Position numbers and translations under genes: made by a program. The notes beneath the pieces are model-generated. The model made no database searches, was not told the origin of the DNA, and saw nothing but the letters and a program-made list of their open reading frames with translations. 64,000 nucleotides of DNA from Candidatus Woesebacteria bacterium (GTDB lineage Bacteria; Patescibacteriota; Microgenomatia; UBA8517): assembly GCA_013426185.1 (NCBI GenBank), contig CP058602.1:74231-138230 (forward strand), read 5' to 3'. Shown here in pieces: positions 1 to 10,576 of this stretch. Positions within the stretch are counted from its first letter, which is position 1. Each line of letters opens with the position of its first letter.

Positions 1-245
1 CTTATTTGAAAGTTAATCAAAAGGAAAGGGCAGAAGCTGAAGAGAAAGAAATGGCAATTTTAAAAGAGTTTCTGCCTGAGGAGGCAAGCGAAGAAGAAAT
101 CTCAAAAGTGATTGATGAGGCAATTTCGCAGTTTGGTGCATCGCCAGCTAATTTTGGCAAAATTATAGGTTTTGTGATGGGGAAAATGGGGAATAAAGTT
201 GATGGCAACACCGTTTCGCAGTTGGTTCGCAAAAAGCTTGCTTGA
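1..245 (+). CDS. GatB/YqeY domain protein, C-terminal part (probably truncated by window start)
   Basis: ORF 6..245; C-terminal motif GKIIGFVMGKMGNKVDGNTVSQLVRKKL typical of YqeY family. Confidence 0.55.
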   Translation, partial: YLKVNQKERAEAEEKEMAILKEFLPEEASEEEISKVIDEAISQFGASPANFGKIIGFVMGKMGNKVDGNTVSQLVRKKLA

Positions 246-646
246 TTTCTTTCTTTATGATTAGAGTTAGAGTTTTTAAAACGTCAAATTATCCTGTGTC
301 AGCGCCGCCTTTAAAGAGGAAGGTTAGGGATTTTCTTTTGGCAAATTCTGTTACTTCTGATGCTGAAATTTCTATCGCCTTGGTAAGTAAACCTAAAATG
401 CTTGAGCTTGTCAAAAAATATCTTAAGGAGAATAGTTTACACAATGTTCTTTCTTTTACCGAAAGTGAAGTTGGCCCAAAGTTTGTCTATCCGCCTGATT
501 CTTTTCTTCAATTGGGTGAAGTTGTAGTTTGCTATTCGCAAGCGGTTGAGGAGGCAAAAAGGGATAATATGACGATCGATGAAAAAGTCTGGCAGCTGGT
601 GGAGCATGGAATAATGCATCTTTTGGGGCATCATCATGAAGAGTGA
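242..646 (+). CDS. ybeY: rRNA maturation endoribonuclease YbeY
   Basis: 134 aa; metal-binding motif HGIMHLLGHHH (H-x3-H-x5-H). Confidence 0.8.
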   Translation: MISFFMIRVRVFKTSNYPVSAPPLKRKVRDFLLANSVTSDAEISIALVSKPKMLELVKKYLKENSLHNVLSFTESEVGPKFVYPPDSFLQLGEVVVCYSQAVEEAKRDNMTIDEKVWQLVEHGIMHLLGHHHEE

Positions 647-2133
647 GTATGACTTTGTACTTAAAATATAGGCCTCAGAAAATTGCCGATCTTGATCTTG
701 AAGAAGTAAGAACAAGTTTAGAGAAAATGGTAAAAGGGGGAAATATTCCCCATGCCCTTCTTTTTGCGGGACCAAAAGGAACGGGTAAAACTTCTGCTGC
801 AAGGATTGTTGCCAAAGTGTTAAATTGCGAGAAAAACGAAAAGAAGTTGGGGGAGCCTTGTAATGAGTGTGAACAGTGCCTTTCTATTATGAAGGGCTCG
901 AATATTGATGTTGTTGAAATTGACGCTGCAAGTCATAGGGGTATTGACGATATTAGGCTTTTGAGAGAATCAATTAAACTTGCACCTTCAAAAGCAAGAA
1001 GCAAAGTTTATATTATTGACGAAGCTCATATGTTAACTCTTGAAGCTTCGAATGCCTTGCTTAAGACTTTGGAGGAACCTCCAAGCCATGTATTTTTTAT
1101 TTTAGCAACAACAGATCCTGAAAAATTAATTCCTACTATTAGGTCAAGAACGACAATAATTAATTTTAAGAGGGCATCAAAAGTTGAGTTGACAGAATCT
1201 CTTGAGAAAAAAGCGAAGGGAGAGAAAATCAAATTCGAAAAGAAGGCCCTTGAGGCAATAGCTTCTTTTTCTGATGGTTCTTTTCGCGACGCAACTAAAA
1301 TCTTGGAGCAATTGATTGATGAGGGTATAAAGCTTGAATTTGAGGAAGTTAAAAAATATCTTGATAAACTGGCAAATTTTGATTTGGATGATTTTGTTCA
1401 AGCTTTGTCCCAAAAAGATTTAGATTTTCTTCTTGAGTCAATTAATAAAGCTTCAGAAGGGGGATCCGAGATGGAATTACTGCTTGATAAGCTGCTTCTA
1501 AGGTTGAGAGATGAACTGATTGGAAGTCTTGAAATTGGTGAAGAAGGTGCTTTATTCAAACGAAGTGAATTAATTCAATTGATTGAACTTTTGCTTGAGG
1601 CAAAAAGGGAAATGTTATCTTTGTCTGATTTTGAATATTTGCCTCTTGAAATAGCAGTTATTAAGTGGTGTGGTGAAGTAAAGGAGAAGGGCGAAAAAGA
1701 GGGTTCGGAGACCAAGAATAAAATGGAGGTGGAGGAAAAAGATAAGGAAAAGAAAGTTAATGATCTAAAGAATGCAGAACCCGAACCTGTAGATAGCAAG
1801 ATTACCGAAGAAATGTGGCGGAATATTTTGATACAGGTGGGTAAAGTTAATGCTTCAATTGAGGCGTTGCTGCATGCTGCAAGACCTGAAAATTTTGATG
1901 GTCAAACTTTAAATTTGAGTGTTTATTATAAATTTCATAAAGAAAAGCTTGAGGACGCAAAACACAGGCAAATTGTAGAAATGGTGGTAGGAAAAATTTT
2001 AAACAGGCCTGTAAGATTGGTTTGCTCTTTGAGCACCCCGCCTGTTAAAAAGGTGGTAGAAGAAAATTATAATGAAGATTTACCATCTGAGAAAGATCTT
2101 GTTGATGTTGCTAAAAATATTTTTAGCAGCTAA
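643..2133 (+). CDS. dnaX: DNA polymerase III subunit gamma/tau
   Basis: Walker A GPKGTGKTS, zinc module CNECEQC, sensor motifs; 496 aa. Confidence 0.85.
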   Translation: MSMTLYLKYRPQKIADLDLEEVRTSLEKMVKGGNIPHALLFAGPKGTGKTSAARIVAKVLNCEKNEKKLGEPCNECEQCLSIMKGSNIDVVEIDAASHRGIDDIRLLRESIKLAPSKARSKVYIIDEAHMLTLEASNALLKTLEEPPSHVFFILATTDPEKLIPTIRSRTTIINFKRASKVELTESLEKKAKGEKIKFEKKALEAIASFSDGSFRDATKILEQLIDEGIKLEFEEVKKYLDKLANFDLDDFVQALSQKDLDFLLESINKASEGGSEMELLLDKLLLRLRDELIGSLEIGEEGALFKRSELIQLIELLLEAKREMLSLSDFEYLPLEIAVIKWCGEVKEKGEKEGSETKNKMEVEEKDKEKKVNDLKNAEPEPVDSKITEEMWRNILIQVGKVNASIEALLHAARPENFDGQTLNLSVYYKFHKEKLEDAKHRQIVEMVVGKILNRPVRLVCSLSTPPVKKVVEENYNEDLPSEKDLVDVAKNIFSS

Positions 2134-2143
2134 AATGTAAGTT

Positions 2144-2431
2144 ATGTTTGATAAGTTTAAACAAATTGGAGAACTGGGTAAGCTAAGGTCACAAGCGAAA
2201 GAGTTAGAGCGGCAGCTTGCTTTGGTCAAAGAGACTTTGGAGAAAAATGGCGTAAAGGTAGTGGTAACAGGCGCTCAAAAGATAGAATATTTGGAAATAG
2301 ATGGTGTTGAGAGAAAAGACATAGCAGATGTTATTAACAGTGCTTTTAAAGAAGTCCAGAAAAAATCAGCAAAGAAAATGATGGAAATGGGCGGAGGTTT
2401 AACTGGACTCCTTAAGGGTCTAGGTAGATAA
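2144..2431 (+). CDS. ybaB: YbaB/EbfC nucleoid-associated protein
   Basis: 95 aa, conserved dnaX-ybaB-recR synteny, coiled N-term and Gly-rich C-term. Confidence 0.7.
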   Translation: MFDKFKQIGELGKLRSQAKELERQLALVKETLEKNGVKVVVTGAQKIEYLEIDGVERKDIADVINSAFKEVQKKSAKKMMEMGGGLTGLLKGLGR

Positions 2432-2471
2432 TGAATTTTACTTATTTTGATTAGAGCTTCTTACAATTTTT

Positions 2472-3074
2472 ATGAAATTACCCAAAGTTATTGAAAGCCT
2501 TATTGAATCCTTTCAAAAATTACCGGGTATTGGTCCTAAAACAGCACAAAGACTTACTTTTTATCTTTTGAATGTGCCTCAGAGCCAGCTAGATTATTTT
2601 TCAGAGTCTCTTTTGAATTTAAAAAAGAAGACCGTTTTTTGCTCGGTTTGCAAAAATATTACAGAAGTTGATCTTTGTCCTATTTGTTCTGATTCCTCTC
2701 GTAATAGAAAAGTAATTATGGTAGTTGAGCAACCTCTTGACTTGATTGCTTTTGAAAAAACAGGAAAGTTTAAAGGTCTTTATCATGTTTTGCATGGTAG
2801 AATTAGTCCTCTTGAAAATATTGGTCCTGATGAGATTTTTGTTGATGATCTTTTAAAGCGGATTAGTAGCCAAGATATAGATGAGATTATTATTGCTACA
2901 AACCCCAATATGGAAGGTGAGGCGACGGCGATGTATTTGGCTAAGGAAATAAGGAAAATTAGTGATAGTATTAAAATAACTCGTTTGGGAATGGGAATTC
3001 CCACGGGGGCTGATCTTGAGTATGCTGATGATTTGACCTTAACTCAGGCTCTTGAAGGAAGAAGGCAAATTTAA
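2472..3074 (+). CDS. recR: Recombination protein RecR
   Basis: HhH LPGIGPKTAQRL, C4 zinc finger CSVCKN..CPICSD, Toprim. Confidence 0.85.
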   Translation: MKLPKVIESLIESFQKLPGIGPKTAQRLTFYLLNVPQSQLDYFSESLLNLKKKTVFCSVCKNITEVDLCPICSDSSRNRKVIMVVEQPLDLIAFEKTGKFKGLYHVLHGRISPLENIGPDEIFVDDLLKRISSQDIDEIIIATNPNMEGEATAMYLAKEIRKISDSIKITRLGMGIPTGADLEYADDLTLTQALEGRRQI

Positions 3075-3076
3075 TT

Positions 3077-3631
3077 ATGGGAAATCCTGCCCAAAAAATA
3101 GCAAGCCAGACTAAACGAAATGCGATCAGGATGGCGCAGACTCTTGTGCAGGAGCCTTCTGAGATATTAAAAACAGCTGCAGGCCAGATTTTGCCAACAT
3201 CCGAAGAGAAGTTACCAGATAAATCTAACCAATCCGCATCTTTTCTTAATGTTTCGGAAAATGGCTTTTCTGAAGAGGATAAGAAGAAACAAGAGCAAGT
3301 TGACATGTCTCGTTTGCGTGAGCTTGAGGGCGAATTAAGACAGGTTAGAATAGAAAAGACTGTTCGTGAGCTTCAGGAGAAAATTTCAAATGGCGAGATA
3401 GTTTATCTTGAAGAATATCCTGAAATTCCAGTTGAACAGAAGCAAGTCTTAAAAGCTCAAATGGAAGCTGTTGCCAAAAGAAGAGAAGAAGAGGTAAAAG
3501 CACAATCTGGGCAAGCTGCTTCAGAACCCTCTAGTCGGCCTTCAAGAAGATTGTTTGGTTTTGGTGGATCCAAAAAACATGCCGAGGATCTGCAGAAAAG
3601 TAGAGAAACCAGAATGCCACCTTCAGGTTAG
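3077..3631 (+). CDS. hypothetical coiled-coil protein
   Basis: 184 aa charged low-complexity ORF, no recognisable domain. Confidence 0.4.
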   Translation: MGNPAQKIASQTKRNAIRMAQTLVQEPSEILKTAAGQILPTSEEKLPDKSNQSASFLNVSENGFSEEDKKKQEQVDMSRLRELEGELRQVRIEKTVRELQEKISNGEIVYLEEYPEIPVEQKQVLKAQMEAVAKRREEEVKAQSGQAASEPSSRPSRRLFGFGGSKKHAEDLQKSRETRMPPSG

Positions 3632-3635
3632 GTTA

Positions 3636-3662
3636 CCCTTTAAAGGCCAGGCCTTTAAAGGG
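3636..3662 (+). terminator. perfect 13-bp-stem hairpin immediately after stop codon (ccctttaaaggcc a ggcctttaaaggg)
   Basis: seen in sequence; weak U-tract so intrinsic-terminator status uncertain. Confidence 0.4.
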
Positions 3663-3725
3663 TGGTGGTGATAAATTAAGAAGGATCAGATATAATATGA
3701 CAAAAGTTTTTGGTCTTAATCTGTT

Positions 3726-5138
3726 ATGGATATTTATTTAAGCAATACTTTAACTCATAAGAAAGACAAGTTTATTCCTTTTAAAGAAGGCGAAGTGGGG
3801 ATCTATTCTTGCGGGCCGACCGTTTATTGGAATCAGCATATTGGCCACATGTATGCTTACACTCAATGGGATATTTTGGTTCGTTTCTTCCGCGTTTTGG
3901 GTTATAAAGTCAAATGGGTGATGAATATAACAGATGTTGGTCATATGACCTCCGATGAAGATGCTGGGGAAGATAAGATGGAAAAAGGGGCAAAAAGAGA
4001 AGGCCTTGATGTCTGGCAATTGGCAGAAAAATATATTGCTCAATTTAAAGATAGTTTAAATCTTTTAAACATAAGCTTTCCGGATGTTCTTTGCCGTGCG
4101 ACAGAGCACATAGAGGATCAGATAAAGTTAATTCAAAAAATAGAAGCTAATGGTTTTACTTATAAGACTAAGGTGGGTGTTGTCTTTGATACTTCAAAAT
4201 TTCCGGATTACCCCAAATTTGCCAATCTTGATCTTAAGTCGCAAAAAGCGGGAGCAAGAGTAGAAGTAGATCCGGAAAAGAAGAACCCTTGGGACTTTTT
4301 GCTTTGGGTGACAGGCCAACCTAACCATATTATGCAATGGGATTCTCCTTGGGGCAGAGGTTTTCCGGGTTGGCATATTGAATGTACAGCAATGAGTGTT
4401 AAATATTTAGGCGAAAGGTTTGATATTCACACAGGTGGAAAAGAGCATATACCTGTTCATCATACCAACGAAATTGCTCAAGGTTATGGTGCTTTTGGCC
4501 ATCAAACAGCTAATTATTGGCTCCATAATGACTGGCTTTCTTTAAAAGGTGGAGAAAAAATGAGTAAAAGCAAGGGTAATTTTATTACTGTTCAAGAGCT
4601 TAAAGAGAAAGGTTATAATCCTTTGGCTTTGCGATATCTCTTTATGACCTCGCATTATAAAAAGGGTCTTGAATTTTCCTGGGAAGCGCTTGATGCCGCC
4701 TCAGTTGCCTTATCAAAGCTAAAACAACAGACTCTCTCCTTGCGTGAAGAGGTGTCAAGAGAGGTTCTTTCAAAAGAAAAGCTAGAAAAACTTGAGAGTT
4801 TTAGGGAGAGGTTTCTTCTTTCTTTGGCTGATGATTTGAATATTCCTTCTGCTTTGGCTGTTGTCTGGGAGGCTGCCAAAAGCAACATCCCTTCTGTTGA
4901 TAAGTATGATCTTCTACTTTTCTTTGATGAAGTTTTGGGTCTTAAGATGACTGAAGAAATGCCAAAAGTAGAAGTACCTGAGGAAGTTTTAATATTGGCT
5001 CGCAAAAGATATTCCTTGAGGAAGGAGGGCCTTTTTGATGAAGCGGATAAGATAAGGTCAGAAATTGAAAGTAGGGGTTTTGGAGTAAAGGATTTGCCTG
5101 ATAAAACTGAAGTCTATCCACTTAATAAAAATGCTTAA
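3726..5138 (+). CDS. cysS: Cysteine--tRNA ligase
   Basis: HIGH motif (NQHIGHM), KMSKS motif, class I aaRS, 470 aa. Confidence 0.9.
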   Translation: MDIYLSNTLTHKKDKFIPFKEGEVGIYSCGPTVYWNQHIGHMYAYTQWDILVRFFRVLGYKVKWVMNITDVGHMTSDEDAGEDKMEKGAKREGLDVWQLAEKYIAQFKDSLNLLNISFPDVLCRATEHIEDQIKLIQKIEANGFTYKTKVGVVFDTSKFPDYPKFANLDLKSQKAGARVEVDPEKKNPWDFLLWVTGQPNHIMQWDSPWGRGFPGWHIECTAMSVKYLGERFDIHTGGKEHIPVHHTNEIAQGYGAFGHQTANYWLHNDWLSLKGGEKMSKSKGNFITVQELKEKGYNPLALRYLFMTSHYKKGLEFSWEALDAASVALSKLKQQTLSLREEVSREVLSKEKLEKLESFRERFLLSLADDLNIPSALAVVWEAAKSNIPSVDKYDLLLFFDEVLGLKMTEEMPKVEVPEEVLILARKRYSLRKEGLFDEADKIRSEIESRGFGVKDLPDKTEVYPLNKNA

Positions 5139-5778
5139 AGCGGTCATTTTTGATTTGAACGGCACAATTTTGGATGATGAAGATAATTACACTGACGCGT
5201 TTCGTTATGTACTTCATCTTTTGGGGGTTGAAACTGGTAATGATTTTACTCACACAAGAGGTGTTGGGGTAAAGGAAAATTGGATAGATTTTAAGTTACG
5301 ATACAATATTAAGACTAAAAAGAGTCTTGATGAGCTTGTTTCTTTAACGCAAAAGGCATATCTTAAGGAGTTTGATAAAGTCAAACTGAGGAAGGGTTTT
5401 TTGAAATTTGTCAAAAATCTCAAACTTTTGGGTATCAAAACTGCTATTGCCACCTCAAACGATTACAGTATGGTGGAGAAGTTTTTTGATAAGTTTGGGC
5501 TTGAAGAATATTTTGACGTTGTTACTTCAGCAGAAGAAGTTTCTTTAAATAAGCCATCTCCTCAAATTTTTCTTTTGACTGCTGAAAAATTGGGTCTTGA
5601 GCCATATGAGTGTTTGGTTTTTGAGGATAGTGAAGCTGGGGTTGAGGCTGCTCATTTAGCTGGAATGGCTGTTGTGGGAATAGCAAAAGATGGAAAAAGT
5701 GATTTTAAAAAAGCGCAGAAAGTGATTCACAATTTCAAGGATTTCAAGCTTTTGCCGCAGGAAAGGGTAATTAATTAA
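5131..5778 (+). CDS. HAD-superfamily hydrolase (beta-phosphoglucomutase-like)
   Basis: motif I VIFDLNGTILD, motif FEDSEAGVEAA. Confidence 0.7.
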   Translation: MLKAVIFDLNGTILDDEDNYTDAFRYVLHLLGVETGNDFTHTRGVGVKENWIDFKLRYNIKTKKSLDELVSLTQKAYLKEFDKVKLRKGFLKFVKNLKLLGIKTAIATSNDYSMVEKFFDKFGLEEYFDVVTSAEEVSLNKPSPQIFLLTAEKLGLEPYECLVFEDSEAGVEAAHLAGMAVVGIAKDGKSDFKKAQKVIHNFKDFKLLPQERVIN

Positions 5779-6118
5779 GTTTGATTCTCTTTATTTCAAA
5801 GGTTTCTTTTTCTTTTCTTTGGGGAGAACTTACAACAAGTCCGACAGAGTCAATTCTAGGGAAATTTTTTCTTATCTCCTCCCAAAATTTTTCTGAAAGG
5901 CGGCCCGTATAGCTTGCATATCCTGCTTTTTCGCTTTGATTGCAAAGCTTGTTTTCCCATTCTCTGATGATAGCGAGTATTTTCTCTCCTTCTTTGTTGA
6001 ATTCTTCTTGATTGTCTTCAGGATTAATTGAATATTGCAAGTGAATCTTGCGGAAGCGCTCAAAAGCTTCTCTGTTATTTTCAATCATTCGCTCGTAGTA
6101 TTCTTTAAACTTAGTCAT
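5771..6118 (-). CDS. hypothetical protein
   Basis: 115 aa ORF, no recognisable domain. Confidence 0.4.
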   Translation of the reverse strand: MTKFKEYYERMIENNREAFERFRKIHLQYSINPEDNQEEFNKEGEKILAIIREWENKLCNQSEKAGYASYTGRLSEKFWEEIRKNFPRIDSVGLVVSSPQRKEKETFEIKRIKLN

Positions 6119-6558
6119 AACCTAAATATTAAAACTGTTTTTTTATTTTTTCTCAAGAGGAGAAATTAACTTAAAACTTAAAAGTCAAAAGTCAAAAATA
6201 TAATTCAAAACTCAAAACTCAAAAGTCAAAACTTTCTAATTAGATTATAGATTTTGGATTATAGATTATAGAATTTTGATTTAGGATTTAAGATTTATGA
6301 ATTAAGATAGCAAACAACTCCGACAGCTGACAACTGATAGCTGAAATCCGAATTCTTTTAACTTTTAACTTTGAACTTTTAACTATTTATTAATTTTGCT
6401 TTCTACTTACTACTTTCTACTTGGATCTCTCATAATGCATATACTGTCTTCCGACTAGCTTTGACTGAATCCCGATAGCTTATATCCGACGGCTGATTTC
6501 TGACGTCCGATATCCGACGTTCGATATCCGATATCCGACGACCGACAGCTGACGTCTG
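6119..6558. repeat. mosaic intergenic repeat copy R1 (minus orientation: AT-array, heptamer array, CCGAYATC octamer array)
   Basis: shares long near-identical modules with 14 other intergenic regions in window. Confidence 0.9.
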
Positions 6559-7545
6559 ATGTCCGTTATGCTATATTTTCTTTTAGTGAATAAAAATTAT
6601 CTTCTTTTCTTATTTCTTTTTGTCTTGGGTATTTCTTTTGGCCTTTTATTAGGTCCTAGGTCTTATACGAAAGTAGAAGTTAAACCACCACTTGTTTCTT
6701 CATTTTTAAAAACACCTCTTCCTATTGAAGACAAAAGGATAACATTGATTGCAGTTGGTGATATTCTTCTTGCCCGCAAAGTAAATTATAAAATGGTTAT
6801 GATGAATAATTTTAACTGGCCCTTTGAAAAAGTGGCAGATTTTTTGAAATCTTCCGATTTTACTTTTGCCAATCTTGAGTTGCCGCTTGTTGAAAATTGT
6901 AAGCCGACTGAAACAGGTATGGTTTTTTGTGGTGATAAAAGGGGAGCCTTGGGGCTTGTTTTTGCCGGTATTGATGCCTGTAATTTGGCCAATAATCATT
7001 CTTTAAACTACGGTGAAGATGGCTTGTCTCAAACTAAGCAAATACTTAAAAATGCAGGTATTGCAAGTTTTGGAGGCGCTGATATTTTTAGGAAAGAAAT
7101 AAAAGGTGTTAGGTTTTCCTTTTTGGGTTTTAATGAAGTGGGTTTAGGAGAGGGAGCTTATAAAAAACTTTTATCTCAAGTTGCATCACAAGTAGAATCT
7201 GAGAGAAAGTTGGCGGATGTTGTTGTTGTCAGTTTTCATTGGGGAAATGAGTATACAGAGAATATATCATCAAGACAGAAGGAGTTAGCGCATTTGGCGA
7301 TTGATTCAGGAGGAGATTTGGTGATTGGTCACCATCCGCATTGGGTTCAAGGTCAGGAAGAATATAAAGGCAAGCGAATTTTTTATAGTTTGGGTAATTT
7401 TGTCTTTGACCAGATGTGGAGCGAGAAGACAAAAGAAGGTCTTGTCATTCGTCTCACTTTCGACAGTGATAATCTTTTAAAAGTGGAAGAATTCCCAGTT
7501 AAAATAGAAGACTTTGGCCAACCATATTTGGAAGTGACTTATTAG
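6559..7545 (+). CDS. CapA/PgsA-family metallophosphatase-like protein
   Basis: N-term TM, motifs VVVSFHWGNEY and GHHPHWVQG. Confidence 0.7.
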   Translation: MSVMLYFLLVNKNYLLFLFLFVLGISFGLLLGPRSYTKVEVKPPLVSSFLKTPLPIEDKRITLIAVGDILLARKVNYKMVMMNNFNWPFEKVADFLKSSDFTFANLELPLVENCKPTETGMVFCGDKRGALGLVFAGIDACNLANNHSLNYGEDGLSQTKQILKNAGIASFGGADIFRKEIKGVRFSFLGFNEVGLGEGAYKKLLSQVASQVESERKLADVVVVSFHWGNEYTENISSRQKELAHLAIDSGGDLVIGHHPHWVQGQEEYKGKRIFYSLGNFVFDQMWSEKTKEGLVIRLTFDSDNLLKVEEFPVKIEDFGQPYLEVTY

Positions 7546-7583
7546 TTTGTGATACTTGTTGATTAGTGTAATATAATAGAATT

Positions 7584-8711
7584 GTGTCTAAGTTGAACCT
7601 GGCAGTTATTTTTGGAGCAAAGTCCGCTGAGCATGAGGTTTCCATTGTGACCACTTTTCAAGCTTGGGAATGGATAGACAAAAAGAAGTACAACCCCTTT
7701 CTTATTTATATTGATCAAAATAACAATGCTTATTTATGCCCGCCTCTTAGAAAGGAAAGTTATAAGGATTTTATCAATAAAGTTTTAGAACAGAATAGGC
7801 GTATTGATTTTGTGAAAGGTGGAATAGAGATGAAGGGGGGAATTTTGCTGAAGAAAAGAGTAAATATAGATGTGGCTCTTCTTACAATGCACGGTCTTTA
7901 TGGTGAGGATGGAAAGATTCAAGGCATGCTTGATTTCTTTGATATTCCTTATACCGGCAGTGGGGTTTTGGGTAGCGCTTTAGGGATGGATAAAGTTTTG
8001 ATGAAGGAAATCTTTGAGAAACTTGGTTTGAAAGTTGTTAAATATTTTTGGTTTTATGATATTGAGTATAAAAAAGATAAGTCCTTGTTTTTTAAAAGGG
8101 TAGACAAAGAGCTTGGTTATCCTGTTTTTGTTAAGCCCGCAAATTGTGGTTCAAGTGTTGGAATTAGAAAAGTAAAGAATAGGAAAATGCTAGATGGGGC
8201 TATAAAGCAGGCGGCTAAGTTTGATCACAAGATATTGATTGAAGAGGGTGTAAGTGGTGCTAAGGATATTAACTGTTCAATTTTGGGAGGTTATGATCCT
8301 CAAACTTCAGTTTGCGAGGAAGTTTTAACAGATGAGGAGTTTTTGTCCTTTGAAGAAAAATATCTAAAGGGTGGAAAAACGAAAGGGATGTTAGGTCTTT
8401 CTCGTATTGTGCCTGCTCCTATTCCTGATAAGGCAACAAAGGAAATACAGAGGCAGGCAAAGATGGTTTTTAAGGAGCTGGGTTGCTGGGGAGTTGCAAG
8501 GATGGATTTTCTTTATCAGCCTAAAAGTAGGGCAATCTATCCTAATGAGATAAACACAATTCCTGGCTCTTTAGCCTTTTATTTGTGGAAGGCTAGCGGG
8601 CTTGAACCTTCTTCGTTAATAGACAAACTTGTTAATTTAGCTTTGGAAAGAAAAAAACAACAAGATTCTTTAAGCTTGACTTTTAAGAGCCGAATTCTTG
8701 ATCAAAAGTAG
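7584..8711 (+). CDS. ddl: D-alanine--D-alanine ligase
   Basis: ATP-grasp, N-term LAVIFGAKSAEHEVS, 375 aa. Confidence 0.85.
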   Translation: MSKLNLAVIFGAKSAEHEVSIVTTFQAWEWIDKKKYNPFLIYIDQNNNAYLCPPLRKESYKDFINKVLEQNRRIDFVKGGIEMKGGILLKKRVNIDVALLTMHGLYGEDGKIQGMLDFFDIPYTGSGVLGSALGMDKVLMKEIFEKLGLKVVKYFWFYDIEYKKDKSLFFKRVDKELGYPVFVKPANCGSSVGIRKVKNRKMLDGAIKQAAKFDHKILIEEGVSGAKDINCSILGGYDPQTSVCEEVLTDEEFLSFEEKYLKGGKTKGMLGLSRIVPAPIPDKATKEIQRQAKMVFKELGCWGVARMDFLYQPKSRAIYPNEINTIPGSLAFYLWKASGLEPSSLIDKLVNLALERKKQQDSLSLTFKSRILDQK

Positions 8712-9865
8712 TGGTCTGGTAGTTCGTTTTCAAGAAGAATAACAGCAGGCGGCCTTATAATCTTGGGTATTATTTCTTCTACGTTTTCATCTTTTCCTAT
8801 TGTGATTATCTTAGTTTTCTTCTTTTTTCCTTTTTGTGCGCCTTTGAAGATAGCTTGTCGGTTTGTTTTACCCACAATAATTAGAGTGTCGGCAACCATT
8901 GCTGCCTTTTTGCCCATTTCGTAGTTGACCTCATATTGCTTTTTACCAAGTTCTATGATTCCTGGGGTTACAACTATTTTTTGTCTGTTTTTAAAATCTT
9001 TAAGTTTTTCAAGCGCTCTTTCAAAACCAAGCGGATTTGAATTATAAGTATCGTCAAGGATGGTTATTTTAGAGTTAATTGCTTTTTCCTCCAATCTGTG
9101 ACTTGGATTTTTAAACTTTTTCATTCTTGAGATTATCTCGCTTTCTTTTAAGCCTAGAATTATGCCAATTTTGACAATGCTTTTTTCAAAATCTATGAAT
9201 TTATTAAGCTCTTGGGGCACAAAAAGTTTATTTCTGTCTTTGATAAAAGGTATTAATTCGCTTTTAGCCTCCTTTATTGCTTTGGCACTTCCAAACCTTT
9301 CAAGGTGCATAATACCGAAGATGGTAATAACCCCGAAATCTGGCTTTACAAGCTCACATATTTTTTTGATTTCTCCCTTTTGATAAGCGCCAGCTTCAAC
9401 GATAAATATCTCGTGTTTTTTGTTTAATTTTTTTAAAATGAGACTTGCTATTCCTATTTTTGTATTTATATTTTCTTCAGTTTTGATGACATTAAATTTT
9501 TCCTGAAGCACGAAACTTAGTAATTCTTTAAAGGTTGTTTTTCCATAGCTTCCTGTTATTACAATTCTTTTAAGATCAGGGTATAGGCTGATTTTTATTT
9601 TGGCGGCAAGAAATATCAGTCCTTCAATTAGCTGGAATATTCTTTTATTTATCATATTTGCGATGGCTACTGCTTTTTTGTCTTTTGTGAAGGTGAGTAG
9701 TAGGGAGGTTAAAAAGAAAGTGAGTAAGACTCTTAAGGTTATCTTTAAATGATTTTTCTTTTCTTTGAGGTCCTCAATAGAGTTTTTAGATAGCCAATTT
9801 AGAAACCTTTCGGTATTATACTCTTCAAGTTGAAGCAGATAAATTAGCTTTCTAATCTTTTCCAT
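8702..9865 (-). CDS. Mur ligase family protein, MurF-like, with N-terminal TM segment
   Basis: GSYGKTT P-loop, DDTYNSNP motif typical of MurF; adjacent to ddl. Confidence 0.6.
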   Translation of the reverse strand: MEKIRKLIYLLQLEEYNTERFLNWLSKNSIEDLKEKKNHLKITLRVLLTFFLTSLLLTFTKDKKAVAIANMINKRIFQLIEGLIFLAAKIKISLYPDLKRIVITGSYGKTTFKELLSFVLQEKFNVIKTEENINTKIGIASLILKKLNKKHEIFIVEAGAYQKGEIKKICELVKPDFGVITIFGIMHLERFGSAKAIKEAKSELIPFIKDRNKLFVPQELNKFIDFEKSIVKIGIILGLKESEIISRMKKFKNPSHRLEEKAINSKITILDDTYNSNPLGFERALEKLKDFKNRQKIVVTPGIIELGKKQYEVNYEMGKKAAMVADTLIIVGKTNRQAIFKGAQKGKKKKTKIITIGKDENVEEIIPKIIRPPAVILLENELPDHYF

Positions 9866-10571
9866 TTTCTATAAAGTTTTCAATCAACTTAGCTATTTTT
9901 TTAGGATTTTCTAGGAAAGGAAAGTGGTCTCCTTCCACTATTTTAAGCCTGCTATTTTTTATCAGTTTTTTAATCGTTTTGCCGTTTTCTTTATTTAATT
10001 CTTTGTCGTTTTCGCCCCAGATTATAAGGGTTGGCGCTTTTATCTCGCTGAATTTTTTTTGCAGATCTTCTTTTACTAAATTTTTAAGAAGCGGCAACAA
10101 CTTTCCTGCTTCTTTATAATCCCTGCTCACCAAAAGTCTTTTTAGAAAAGGAGAAAAAGTTGAAATTATCCTTTGAGGAATTATGGCTTTAATTTTGTAT
10201 AAGACTGAAAGTTTTTTGTTTTTTATTCCTGAAGGAGCGATGAGAATAAGCTTTTTGACTAGTTGTGGTTCTTTTTGAGCTATTATTGCTGCTATTTTTC
10301 CTCCAAAGGAATGCCCCGTAAGGTATATGTTTTTTATCTTCTTACTTTTAATCCATTTGATAATCTCTTCTGCATAGTCAAACGAAGATTTAAGTTTAGG
10401 ATTAAACTTGCTTTTTCCGAATCCGGGTAGGTCTGGCAAGAATATTTTGTATTTTTTGTAAAGGTAGGGAACAAGTGGCAGGAAGGATTTTCCATTTGCT
10501 TGCCAGCCATGTAGGAAAATAATCTTTTTATTTCCTTGACCAAACCCCAGATAGTTTATCTCCTTCGTCAT
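9852..10571 (-). CDS. alpha/beta-fold hydrolase
   Basis: HGW oxyanion region, nucleophile elbow GHSFGG. Confidence 0.7.
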   Translation of the reverse strand: MTKEINYLGFGQGNKKIIFLHGWQANGKSFLPLVPYLYKKYKIFLPDLPGFGKSKFNPKLKSSFDYAEEIIKWIKSKKIKNIYLTGHSFGGKIAAIIAQKEPQLVKKLILIAPSGIKNKKLSVLYKIKAIIPQRIISTFSPFLKRLLVSRDYKEAGKLLPLLKNLVKEDLQKKFSEIKAPTLIIWGENDKELNKENGKTIKKLIKNSRLKIVEGDHFPFLENPKKIAKLIENFIENGKD

Positions 10572-10576
10572 TTCTT